From: a phage
Length of the DNA: 64,000 bases
Reading direction: 5' to 3' (one strand)
Sequence record: NC_102531.1
How positions within the stretch are numbered: the stretch's first letter is position 1; the number at the start of each line of letters is the position of its first letter. The notes beneath the pieces are model-generated. The model was not told the DNA's origin. It ran no database searches and saw only the letters and a program-made list of their open reading frames with translations. The position numbers and the translations under genes are program-made. Below, piece after piece: positions 55,470 through 64,000 of this stretch.

Positions 55470-57542
55470 TTATGAGAAGTCTGGCGGGACAACATCTTCT
55501 ACATACCCTTTCAGAGCAACCTGCCCCATATGAAGCACGGTAGAATCTCTAGCGGTAACAGTGATGCTGTCAGACATTACTTGCGGGTATGCCCACACAT
55601 ACTGTTTTACCTCAGGATATCTATACTCTATAGTTGCCATGTTTCCGCAAATACATCTCCATAAAAATTCTTGGTAATTCCTAGTTGGGTCGTAACCATA
55701 TACCGGAGCAAGCTCTTTACTAGGAACGAACCCTGCAAGGTATTGTATTTCAGACGGTTGCCAACCTAACTTAACGATAGGTATGTTTACAGACTCTTTT
55801 GCCTTTTCAATACCTCCCTGCATCACCCAATCGTAGCACTCGGTGCAGAAGAAATCAAGAGCACCTGCTTCCTTTTTATATTGGTCAGCAAGGTTCAGCT
55901 TTTGCGTAAGCTCAGTTTCCATAATGGTTGGGAAAAACAACAAAGCTGTCATCTGAGCTGATGCAGCGTGTGCCTTTATTGCCTTTGAAATAGCCGCAAT
56001 ACGAGCGCCAAGCTTACCACGACAAAATGCTACATACTTGTCGTAAACACCGCCAGTTTTAGGATCGTCAATAGTCCCAATATCTAATGCATACTCACCT
56101 GTCTCATCATAAAACGCCTGCTTTGTAGGGTAATCATAAATACAAGGTCTACGAGTATCGGTATTGTACCACCACCACGGTTCACCAACCTGCATAATCA
56201 CTGGCAGGTTGTTTCTCATAGCGGCTGATGCAAAATTCTTAAATACTGCAGTAAGGAAATTCATACCCTCTTCAATGGTTGGAGACAGGAGGTAGCTACA
56301 AGGTGTATACCCTGTTTTAGCGTAGTTATCGTTCCAGTCTCTTTGGGTCCATTCCAACGGGCAGGCATCGCTGAAAAGCTCAAAACTTACAGACTGCATA
56401 ACGTCGAAGTTATGTCGTTTGGCATTGTACATAAAATCATCATGCCATTTATAGGCTGCAGCGTTTAGCGCTCCTGTTCTGTTTATAGACCATTGGGTTC
56501 CTGACCATGTGTAGTCATAATAATGACTCATACCAACATAATGGTTTATGGTTCCGGTATAGCCCAGACGCTTGATATTGTTCAACACCCTTAAAGGAGA
56601 TACGTTCCACATATCGTCATATGCGGTGCAGATCCCAACGTCGTGCTCTCTCACCTGAATATTGTTAAGTTGCATCATTTTCCAGCCTGTGTCTGGCTGA
56701 AGCAGATCTAGGCGCAACTCACACTCTACGTTTTCCGTTCTCGGGTCTGTGCTGTTACTTACCCAGTCTTTAGGCATGAGCGGTATTAAAATCCTTCTCA
56801 CCTGCCGAGGATCAACACCCATCATGTTGTTGTTCTGGTCCATCCCAACGCAGTCCTCAAAATCAATATGAATTTCTGCAACATTCTTATCCTCTGAGAT
56901 GCTGACAGCATATTGAGCTAAAGGAACATAGATGATTGTGCCATCAACAAGGTCTACAGTCATAATCATCTTTTCAGGGGTGGAGAAGTTGCTGGCGTTG
57001 GTTATTGACATTCTGAACCAAAGCTTGGTGTTTCTCATCTCATAATGATCATCAAATCCAATACCGAAATGGTCATACTTGTCAACTGTTTCCCAAATGC
57101 ACCCAGCCATACCCCCATATGTTCTTGACACTAAACGGTTAATACAACAGTTGTTATCTGCAACAATACAGGTACTTTCAGTCTGCTGAGTAGTTGTAAC
57201 CCAATATCTTGGGTGAAACATTCTCTCCTCAACAGTATCCCAAGATATCCTGTCAAGATTCTCATCTGAAACTATTGTACATTTCGCCCTTTGTGTCCCG
57301 ATCATCACCCCTTGGGATTTTGATGAAAACTCCATAAAGAAGCTTCTTGGCAACCTGTTGGGTAATTTGTCAACAATTTCCACCGGGATCTCAATACTGG
57401 TTGCCCCAACTGGGATAGTTACATCGCCCTCAACATGATCATAATCCCTACCCGGAACGGCAGTATCCTGAACTGTGCGGTAATGAAACCGTGCAGCCAT
57501 TGTAGAGTAATCACGGTAAGGTTTAAAAACAGCTGTTGCCAT
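55470..57542 (-). CDS. Tail or baseplate structural protein (690 aa), putative
   Basis: Large ORF in the tail module; no motif recognised. Confidence 0.45.
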   Translation of the reverse strand: MATAVFKPYRDYSTMAARFHYRTVQDTAVPGRDYDHVEGDVTIPVGATSIEIPVEIVDKLPNRLPRSFFMEFSSKSQGVMIGTQRAKCTIVSDENLDRISWDTVEERMFHPRYWVTTTQQTESTCIVADNNCCINRLVSRTYGGMAGCIWETVDKYDHFGIGFDDHYEMRNTKLWFRMSITNASNFSTPEKMIMTVDLVDGTIIYVPLAQYAVSISEDKNVAEIHIDFEDCVGMDQNNNMMGVDPRQVRRILIPLMPKDWVSNSTDPRTENVECELRLDLLQPDTGWKMMQLNNIQVREHDVGICTAYDDMWNVSPLRVLNNIKRLGYTGTINHYVGMSHYYDYTWSGTQWSINRTGALNAAAYKWHDDFMYNAKRHNFDVMQSVSFELFSDACPLEWTQRDWNDNYAKTGYTPCSYLLSPTIEEGMNFLTAVFKNFASAAMRNNLPVIMQVGEPWWWYNTDTRRPCIYDYPTKQAFYDETGEYALDIGTIDDPKTGGVYDKYVAFCRGKLGARIAAISKAIKAHAASAQMTALLFFPTIMETELTQKLNLADQYKKEAGALDFFCTECYDWVMQGGIEKAKESVNIPIVKLGWQPSEIQYLAGFVPSKELAPVYGYDPTRNYQEFLWRCICGNMATIEYRYPEVKQYVWAYPQVMSDSITVTARDSTVLHMGQVALKGYVEDVVPPDFS

Positions 57543-58228
57543 TAACCCTCCTGTCTAGTTGCGTTTACTGTAATACTTTCACAATAAATGGTTGTGGTGT
57601 CCCAATCAGGTCTTACGTCAGGAACATACAGCAAAGTAGCCAGCCCACCAACTCCGAACTGGTTTTCTTCCCATACTGATCCGAAGCCAAGAGCTGTGGA
57701 GTCCCCTTCAAAACCAAAAGCTTGCCCTTGCGATTCTGTAAGGCGCAAATGACAAGGCAATGGCAGCATATCTAAGATCTGATCGATAGACTGCAATATG
57801 TCAAAGCAAGTTTTTCTAATGTTTATGTCAAACCTGAAGTTGTCTCCTTTCCACGTATCGAAATTGTTTCTTCCGAACAATTGTCGCAAGGTGGAGATGA
57901 CATCTTCGCGAGTCCCTCCCCTTGATGCTGCGGCCTGCTGAATAATTAGTGTGGCACGAAAATCAGCATCTGAGAGTCCATTCCTAAGAATACCAAGTTG
58001 ATTACCAACTTCGTCAAGGTATCTTCCGCTGGCATTGTTAAGCAATCTTCCTTCAGCCAAACCTACCAGCATCTTATCAACATCCTCCAACCTTTTAAGG
58101 TACACGGTTAAGAATGTGACTAAATTAACCTTCTCAGCCAGAAAATCTCCAGGCAGGTAGTCAAGACCTCCCTGAACAAAATCTGGCAGAGTGTGGATGT
58201 GGTTAACATCCGACTTAATCTCTGCCAT
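57542..58228 (-). CDS. Tail or baseplate protein (228 aa), putative
   Basis: ORF coupled to its neighbours. Confidence 0.45.
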   Translation of the reverse strand: MAEIKSDVNHIHTLPDFVQGGLDYLPGDFLAEKVNLVTFLTVYLKRLEDVDKMLVGLAEGRLLNNASGRYLDEVGNQLGILRNGLSDADFRATLIIQQAAASRGGTREDVISTLRQLFGRNNFDTWKGDNFRFDINIRKTCFDILQSIDQILDMLPLPCHLRLTESQGQAFGFEGDSTALGFGSVWEENQFGVGGLATLLYVPDVRPDWDTTTIYCESITVNATRQEG

Positions 58229-58239
58229 ATCTCGCCGCC

Positions 58240-59730
58240 TTAAATAGTTTGTTGGAAAGTTATATTACTTTCGTCGAGGTCAAACACCTCGGTCATGTTC
58301 GCAACAATATCGTTTGTAGTGTAAGCTTCATCAGAAGCTCCTACTGGTTTAACTTGAATTACCAGTCTATTAAATCTGCCTATAGACACAGCAGCAGATG
58401 CAGCACCGACCAATTGGATATTGTACAACGTATCTGCAACATCCAGTCCGTTAACAACCTGCAAAAGAGCCTCTACAATGGCATCTTTTTCGGTTGTGGA
58501 AAGCGCAGCACCGGAGTAGGTAATTCTTACATCCAGGCGGTAGGTATTTGCCTTGGAATAATAAATTCTTTCAGTTTGACCGTCAGATGTAGTGACATCG
58601 TAGAAAATATTACCATAAGTCCTGTTCGTACAGGCTATAGTTTGGTAAAGTGCTTGGCAAATGTCCTCCGTTGCACCACCAAACACAACCACTTGGAACT
58701 TGTAAGGAGGTATACCTTTAGCATCAGTTTTATCGGTGTTGTTGGAGAACACTCTCACTTTCTCAACACCTTTTACCTCGCTTACAGCGCTAAGGATTGC
58801 AGGACGGGTAGCCTTCGATGTTAACTGTTTTGTGCTGGAAGCTCTTAAGCGATACTCTGAGTCTTTTTCAACATCCCTTCCCTCATTGAATCTTTCTCGG
58901 TTGGTAAGCTTAATAAATCCACTGGGGGTAGGCGACATTGTTGTCACGGTTTCTGCCTCTCTTGACAGCTCACCAGCCTCGTTAGCGATAACATCTAGGG
59001 TGATAGTTCTTTCCCCTACAATCGGGGATACTCTGAAATCTACCCTACTATTAAGTCCAACTTGATCAAGATTCGAATTGTACCCTATCCACAACGTTCC
59101 TGTCAACATATCGATTTGAATCAAATCGTCGTTCAACAGAGTTGTATTATCGACAATGAATTGCTTAATCTCTCCGTAAAAGCTTGGCAGATCAGAAGAG
59201 TCCAGAGCCTTATCTGTTAAAACCAGACTTTTTGTTTTGATACTTCCATCTGTCTGGTTGGTAATTTGAAAGTTGTATTTCCCAATTCTTAGATCTGGAG
59301 CGTTTATCCTGTGAGCAATAAGATTCCCTGCTACCTGCACGTCGTTGCTAAGAACAAAGTTCCCACTGTCTAATGTGTAAGTTTTGGAATCGTAAATCAT
59401 GTTGTACGGCACAGTTGTGTTGATCGTCAACTGGCAGGTACCTGATGATTTAGAACGGCCTCTTCGGTAAATACCCTGTCTTCCAAGAAGTTCATCTAGG
59501 TAAATACCTTCTGCCCCATACAGCGTCTGCGATGCGTATACAGATGCTGCCATAAGAATAAGTTGATACTCTCGCTCGTTGAAGATAGTGGTCAGCTTAT
59601 CTGCAACGGAGTTACTCTGTACGTTGAAGTTTTCGCCAAAAGCACGGATCAGGCTTTGCTTAGTTTCAACGATTAGGTCATTTAGGGTTGGTATAACGAA
59701 ACCAGCCTCTGTCAATCCATACTTAGCCAC
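58240..59730 (-). CDS. Tail or baseplate protein (496 aa), putative
   Basis: ORF immediately downstream of the J-like gene. Confidence 0.45.
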   Translation of the reverse strand: MAKYGLTEAGFVIPTLNDLIVETKQSLIRAFGENFNVQSNSVADKLTTIFNEREYQLILMAASVYASQTLYGAEGIYLDELLGRQGIYRRGRSKSSGTCQLTINTTVPYNMIYDSKTYTLDSGNFVLSNDVQVAGNLIAHRINAPDLRIGKYNFQITNQTDGSIKTKSLVLTDKALDSSDLPSFYGEIKQFIVDNTTLLNDDLIQIDMLTGTLWIGYNSNLDQVGLNSRVDFRVSPIVGERTITLDVIANEAGELSREAETVTTMSPTPSGFIKLTNRERFNEGRDVEKDSEYRLRASSTKQLTSKATRPAILSAVSEVKGVEKVRVFSNNTDKTDAKGIPPYKFQVVVFGGATEDICQALYQTIACTNRTYGNIFYDVTTSDGQTERIYYSKANTYRLDVRITYSGAALSTTEKDAIVEALLQVVNGLDVADTLYNIQLVGAASAAVSIGRFNRLVIQVKPVGASDEAYTTNDIVANMTEVFDLDESNITFQQTI

Positions 59731-59797
59731 GTCACTCCTCCGGTATGAAAATCTCTACAAGGTATTTTACCAAATTTTGTAACAATAGTCAATCTGA

Positions 59798-59826
59798 GCA
59801 TAAAAATAAACCCCGCCGAAGCGGGG
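59798..59826 (-). terminator. Intrinsic terminator after the J-like gene
   Basis: Hairpin CCCCGCTTCGGCGGGG then TTTATTTTTATG; same hairpin as 33385..33400. Confidence 0.55.
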
Positions 59827-59835
59827 CTTTAAAGG

Positions 59836-62800
59836 TTAGTCGTGAGACTCGTTCCAAGGTCCTTGGAAGCTTGAGTTAGAACGGCTTACCACAACAGTAG
59901 GACAGGATATTGCGACCCCTGTTACAGAAGACGTTGACCATGGTGTGTAGATTTCAACAACAATATCTATGGTTTGTTCACCAAGACCTGTTATCCCTAC
60001 CGCACACATGCCGTTGTTGTCGTTTCCGTACTTCTTACCTGCAAGGATTTGATGTCCGGCTATCCAAACGTTGAGCTGGGAGCTGGCAAGAGTACCATTC
60101 AGTTTAAAGAAGAATGTTACGTTCTTACCCTGACCTGAAACGTTATCTACGTATCTCCACCTCCAACGGCAAACCCTTTGCTGGGAGTTATATACTGGAG
60201 CACAATCCCCGTAAGTCCTATGTGCAACAATTGCACCTTCGAACTGGTTAGCACGGATAACAGAAGCTTCTACACGACCACGGAAGGTACCTCCGGTTGC
60301 ATCTATGGTGCCCCTAAAGCTACCATTATTGGCATAAACATCCCCACGGAAGGTACCACTAGTGGCGTTAACTGCCCCTGTGAAGTTACCAGAACTAGCG
60401 TTGATGTTGCCTTTCACCCACACATCCATAAATTGGGCGTGCCCGTTCTTGTTAATATACCAACCGTATTTATGGTACCCGTTGCCATCGTAGTTGTTTG
60501 ACGAGATTTCTTGTGCGATCTTGGCAGAGGAGATCGTGCCATTCTCTATAAAAGCGTCTTTCAAGAACGCTTGGTTGTTCTTGATTGCGAAAGCAAGGGT
60601 TGCTGTTCCATTTCCTGGGTTGTATACCGCAAAATTGTTTGCACTAACCATGAAGTAGGATTGAACTTGGCCTCCAGACCCTTCCATCCCCAACTGAATA
60701 CCTGCAACATATTTATTCCCTGCGGAGTCTACCTGTATTTTTGTGCCCCATTGAGCATTTACTTTACCCTCTAAGTCGGTTACAGCCTTAGATGTTGTAG
60801 CTACTGCAGCCCTGATCTCAGACACATCCCCAACATCATCCATGATCTCCTGCTTAGCAACAGCAAGTTCTTGACGAATAGCTGACGCTGTGCCGTTGAT
60901 AAGGTCCACAGTGGCTTTGTTGGTATCGGAAATTGTAGCATCCAGCGCTGTTTTTGTGGAGGTCAGTTTTCCATCCAAAGCATCAATCGCTTGCTTGTTG
61001 GTAGAAATCTCCCCACGTGCAGAAGTTATCTGCTCTGACAGTGCAGATGTTTTCTGATTAAGCAGGTCAGTGGTGGCCTTGTTGGTATTGGCAATCAAGG
61101 TGTTGAGGTCAGTTTTTGCGGTAGTTATCTTTCCGTCAAGGGTGGTATAGTTTTTAGATACCGTCGCGTTTGTCTGACTAATCTTTTGATCCAGAGTTTC
61201 AGATGTCCTGTTCAGAAGATCTACAGTGGCTTGGTTAGTGCTCAAGATGCTTGCGTCAAGTTCTGTTCTCTGAGTATTGATCTTACCATCCAGAGTTTTA
61301 TCTCCGGCTAAATACCCGCTCTCAACTCCATCTATCTGCTCTACCAGCTCACCTTTGGCGGCAACCAATTTCTCATCTAAAGCCTCTGTCTTTTTGTTCA
61401 GAAGATCAGTAGTTGCTTTATTGGTTGTCTCAATCAGAGATGCCAATCTTCCACTTTCAGTGTTCAGATCGTTGGTGAACTTGTTCTGTGCAGCAACAAG
61501 TTTCCTATCCAGCGCTGTGATATTGCCATTGACATCCTCAAACTTCTGAGTTGTCTCTGTAACTACCGCACCTATTCTGTCTCCAAGTTGCTGGAATGCC
61601 TCATCTACCCTACCATCCATGTATTTATTAAGCTCTGTGACACGATTTTCAACCTCTTCAATAGAGGAATCCAAAGTGCTCATCAACTCTTTATAAGTTT
61701 CTGTCTTTTTGAATTCAGCATCTATCTGAGGCATCAAATCCTCGATAGAGGTGTAGCAGCGTGCAGCGCATTCTACAAACTGAGAACTACCAAAAGCGTT
61801 TGTGGTTCTAATATACCAATAATAAACCTTATCGTTCTGCAGACCTTCAGATGTCCAAGTTGAACCAACACCCATACGAGTGGCTTTTGAAGTAACAGTT
61901 GCATCACTGGTGTCGGGCAACCTTGTCATACCAGATGTCCAAAAGTCATACTGGGTACTTACACTTGCCAAATCCCTGCTGTGTGGAATCAAGGTGATAG
62001 CAAAGTATCCCTGCTTAACCTCTACAGAAACCGGAGCCTCAGGTGCCTGAATGTTAAACTCGCAGTACGCTTCTGGAGATACACCACCTTTATAAGATGT
62101 TGCAACCACGGTTGCTGTGTATGACCCTTTGGTCAAGCCTTCTACTCGGACAAACTGCTCAACTGTTTGTGCTGTCCAAACAATCTCTCCGTTCTTTCTT
62201 ACCTGCACAATATTTTGAGCGTATGTCCCAACGTTGTCCCAAGCCAAAACACCGTGAGTTACTTCTCCAGCTTGGAGAACGGAATATCTGAAGTTTTGCG
62301 GTTGAGCTACACCAGATGGAGATATTGGAATATCTACATCGCCAGAATCCGGAAGTTGCCCTGTGGCATCATTCCACTCTTTAGCATCTTGACGAAGTTT
62401 TACCTTGACACCACCCTTTTTAGTAAACTCCCATTCAAGAACTCTCATTTCTTGGCCCACTATACCAATACTTGGGAGGTCCATTGTAACGTAACGACCA
62501 GGTTTAAATTTGAAACCTCGCATATTGCAGGTGACTTCAATAATCCTGCCAGCTCTGGCACGTCTTAGGAAGATTGCAGAAACACGCTGAGCTTGATAAG
62601 GGCTGGTAACAAAGCGATAGTCTATATCGATTATCTTTCTTTCTCCATCCTTCTCTATCCACTCTGGGACAAACACTGATGGGAAATCTGTTTCAGAATA
62701 CCCTTTGGTCGGACTAGTGAATCTGCCAGTTATTGTGTTAGATCTTTTGTCAAATGAGGCTTCCGGATAGATCTTAACCTCACCACAGACACAGTCCTCA

Positions 62801-63675
62801 CTAAGTGTCATTGTTGCTGGGCCATAGTATGCACCAACCAGCAAACCATACTTACCAGCAACATAACTAAGATCTGCACCGCAAGCTTTCAGCATTTCTG
62901 CCATAATACTTGCTGGGGCCTCATCCATGTCAAACTCACCGTTAATGGTGTAACGGCGCTCACTGGTTCCGTCTGCGTTTTTTACCGCCTCGTCGCATAT
63001 GTTGGCAGCCTCCTTAAAGGACTCCCAGTTGATGGTTTCGTCAGGACATTTAAGGTACGTTCTTAAATAGTCTAGGATCACCAAGGCAGCGTTATTGGTA
63101 TACACCTCTTTACTGATGCGAGGATCATAGCATTTTTTACCAACCTTGACGAGTGTAACGTTTGGCAACCCAAAAGGAAACTTGTTAGGGTCAAACTTGA
63201 AACTGGCACGTAGCCAACTGATCCCTCTACCTATCATGTCGGGTGACCATGATGGGCAGTGTGTACCCATGAAAGGATCAGATGTTTTTCTGTCGTTATG
63301 TAGCTCCCACGATACCAGATCTCCATACGAGGAAATAGGATTACCGTCGATAAGTATGTCTTCTATACCTTCCAGAGGATGATTAGCAAGAACAATGGCA
63401 CAATGGAGGGTTCTGTCTCTGTCCTGCTCCAAAAACGCAAGCAGTCCAGACGTGCGTGTCTTCCCATACACTACAGAGCAAGGTGCAGCAGAAGATCTGA
63501 GAAGCTTTTGTCTATCTTGCTGACTTCTGTAAGATTTGTTGCCCTCAAAAATCTTATCCAGAGTTCTGGTGGTAACAGTGTTCAGGCTGTCAGCCAGAGC
63601 TGCCTTGGATGCGTTCCAGTCATAACTTGAAGATCTTGCAGAAGCAACGATGTTATCAATCATTGCAATTGGCAT
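59836..63675 (-). CDS. Host-specificity or tail-tip protein, lambda J-like (1279 aa) with internal coiled-coil repeat insert
   Basis: C-terminal half shows J-like segments (GYFAITLIPHS, YYWYIRTTNAFGSSQFVE, GNKYVAGIQLGMEG) against lambda J as recalled from memory. Confidence 0.55.
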   Translation of the reverse strand: MPIAMIDNIVASARSSSYDWNASKAALADSLNTVTTRTLDKIFEGNKSYRSQQDRQKLLRSSAAPCSVVYGKTRTSGLLAFLEQDRDRTLHCAIVLANHPLEGIEDILIDGNPISSYGDLVSWELHNDRKTSDPFMGTHCPSWSPDMIGRGISWLRASFKFDPNKFPFGLPNVTLVKVGKKCYDPRISKEVYTNNAALVILDYLRTYLKCPDETINWESFKEAANICDEAVKNADGTSERRYTINGEFDMDEAPASIMAEMLKACGADLSYVAGKYGLLVGAYYGPATMTLSEDCVCGEVKIYPEASFDKRSNTITGRFTSPTKGYSETDFPSVFVPEWIEKDGERKIIDIDYRFVTSPYQAQRVSAIFLRRARAGRIIEVTCNMRGFKFKPGRYVTMDLPSIGIVGQEMRVLEWEFTKKGGVKVKLRQDAKEWNDATGQLPDSGDVDIPISPSGVAQPQNFRYSVLQAGEVTHGVLAWDNVGTYAQNIVQVRKNGEIVWTAQTVEQFVRVEGLTKGSYTATVVATSYKGGVSPEAYCEFNIQAPEAPVSVEVKQGYFAITLIPHSRDLASVSTQYDFWTSGMTRLPDTSDATVTSKATRMGVGSTWTSEGLQNDKVYYWYIRTTNAFGSSQFVECAARCYTSIEDLMPQIDAEFKKTETYKELMSTLDSSIEEVENRVTELNKYMDGRVDEAFQQLGDRIGAVVTETTQKFEDVNGNITALDRKLVAAQNKFTNDLNTESGRLASLIETTNKATTDLLNKKTEALDEKLVAAKGELVEQIDGVESGYLAGDKTLDGKINTQRTELDASILSTNQATVDLLNRTSETLDQKISQTNATVSKNYTTLDGKITTAKTDLNTLIANTNKATTDLLNQKTSALSEQITSARGEISTNKQAIDALDGKLTSTKTALDATISDTNKATVDLINGTASAIRQELAVAKQEIMDDVGDVSEIRAAVATTSKAVTDLEGKVNAQWGTKIQVDSAGNKYVAGIQLGMEGSGGQVQSYFMVSANNFAVYNPGNGTATLAFAIKNNQAFLKDAFIENGTISSAKIAQEISSNNYDGNGYHKYGWYINKNGHAQFMDVWVKGNINASSGNFTGAVNATSGTFRGDVYANNGSFRGTIDATGGTFRGRVEASVIRANQFEGAIVAHRTYGDCAPVYNSQQRVCRWRWRYVDNVSGQGKNVTFFFKLNGTLASSQLNVWIAGHQILAGKKYGNDNNGMCAVGITGLGEQTIDIVVEIYTPWSTSSVTGVAISCPTVVVSRSNSSFQGPWNESHD
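60978..61758 (-). repeat. Tandem degenerate coding repeats (about 4-5 units) encoding the coiled-coil insert of the J-like protein
   Basis: Recurrent DNA phrase ...agaagatc...agtggc.ttgttggt... and peptide TNKATTDLLN-like units; coordinates estimated from residue positions. Confidence 0.4.
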
Positions 63676-63920
63676 TAATACCTCCAGACATCAACAACGA
63701 TAGAATCTTTCATGTCGAACATAAAGACCCCTTTATCACCTTTAGCCCAAATCTGGTTGTTCCAGAACACACCAGCGGTGAGCCCGTTCAGACCTTCGAA
63801 AATGACAATATCTCCACGCTGAACCTGTTTAGGAGTATCCAGCCGAGTCATAAAGAGATCAAAAATAGTGGGCAGGTGTGTGGTTTTGAAACGGAGCATG
63901 CACCATCTTTTGCTTTCCAA
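63675..63920 (-). CDS. Small tail-assembly-associated protein (81 aa)
   Basis: TAATG overlap couples it to the J-like gene. Confidence 0.4.
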   Translation of the reverse strand: MESKRWCMLRFKTTHLPTIFDLFMTRLDTPKQVQRGDIVIFEGLNGLTAGVFWNNQIWAKGDKGVFMFDMKDSIVVDVWRY

Positions 63921-64000
63921 CTCTGTTTTATACGTTCCTTCAAAATTAGAAAGAAAATCTGTTCCGTATTGGGCATCAACACACTTAGCTGCAAAGGTGC

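Overview
The window reads as a segment of a virulent tailed-phage (Caudoviricetes) genome, almost entirely coding and mostly on the minus strand. From left to right: (1) about 1.45 kb of gene-poor DNA with a strictly periodic repeat array, a duplicated 20-mer and palindromes (candidate origin or packaging region); (2) 1.5-10.9 kb, a leftward block of about 27 small early-type genes punctuated by two families of repeated sigma70-like promoters, conserved 5' UTR hairpins and intrinsic terminators; (3) 10.9-11.9 kb, a non-coding hub with two tandem plus-strand promoter units and GATC-containing direct repeats; (4) 11.9-37.5 kb, a leftward replication and DNA-metabolism block: TARG1/DarG-like macrodomain, SSB-like protein ending in DDDIPF, T7-like family A DNA polymerase, DnaB-type primase-helicase, a compact C5-methyltransferase-like protein, a Mod-like orphan DNA methyltransferase, Pif1/Dda-like helicase, GHKL ATPase, secreted SleB-like hydrolase and MoxR-type AAA+ ATPase; (5) 37.5-44.6 kb, an oppositely oriented island with a vWA/HExxH protein, four tandem paralogous small genes and a HAD-like phosphatase; (6) 44.6-64 kb, a leftward tail module with a J-like tip protein, two paralogous fibres, a tail-fibre assembly chaperone and very large fibre proteins. 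No rRNA, tRNA, CRISPR array, integrase or transposase was recognised. All calls rest on reading the ORF translations and DNA by eye; no database search was run. The candidates I rank highest for novelty are the phage-borne TARG1/DarG-like macrodomain, a perfect 29-bp inverted repeat that places the same MSKVTYRA-coding sequence in two divergent genes, the tandem paralog array, and the methyltransferase/GHKL/MoxR-vWA accessory genes.
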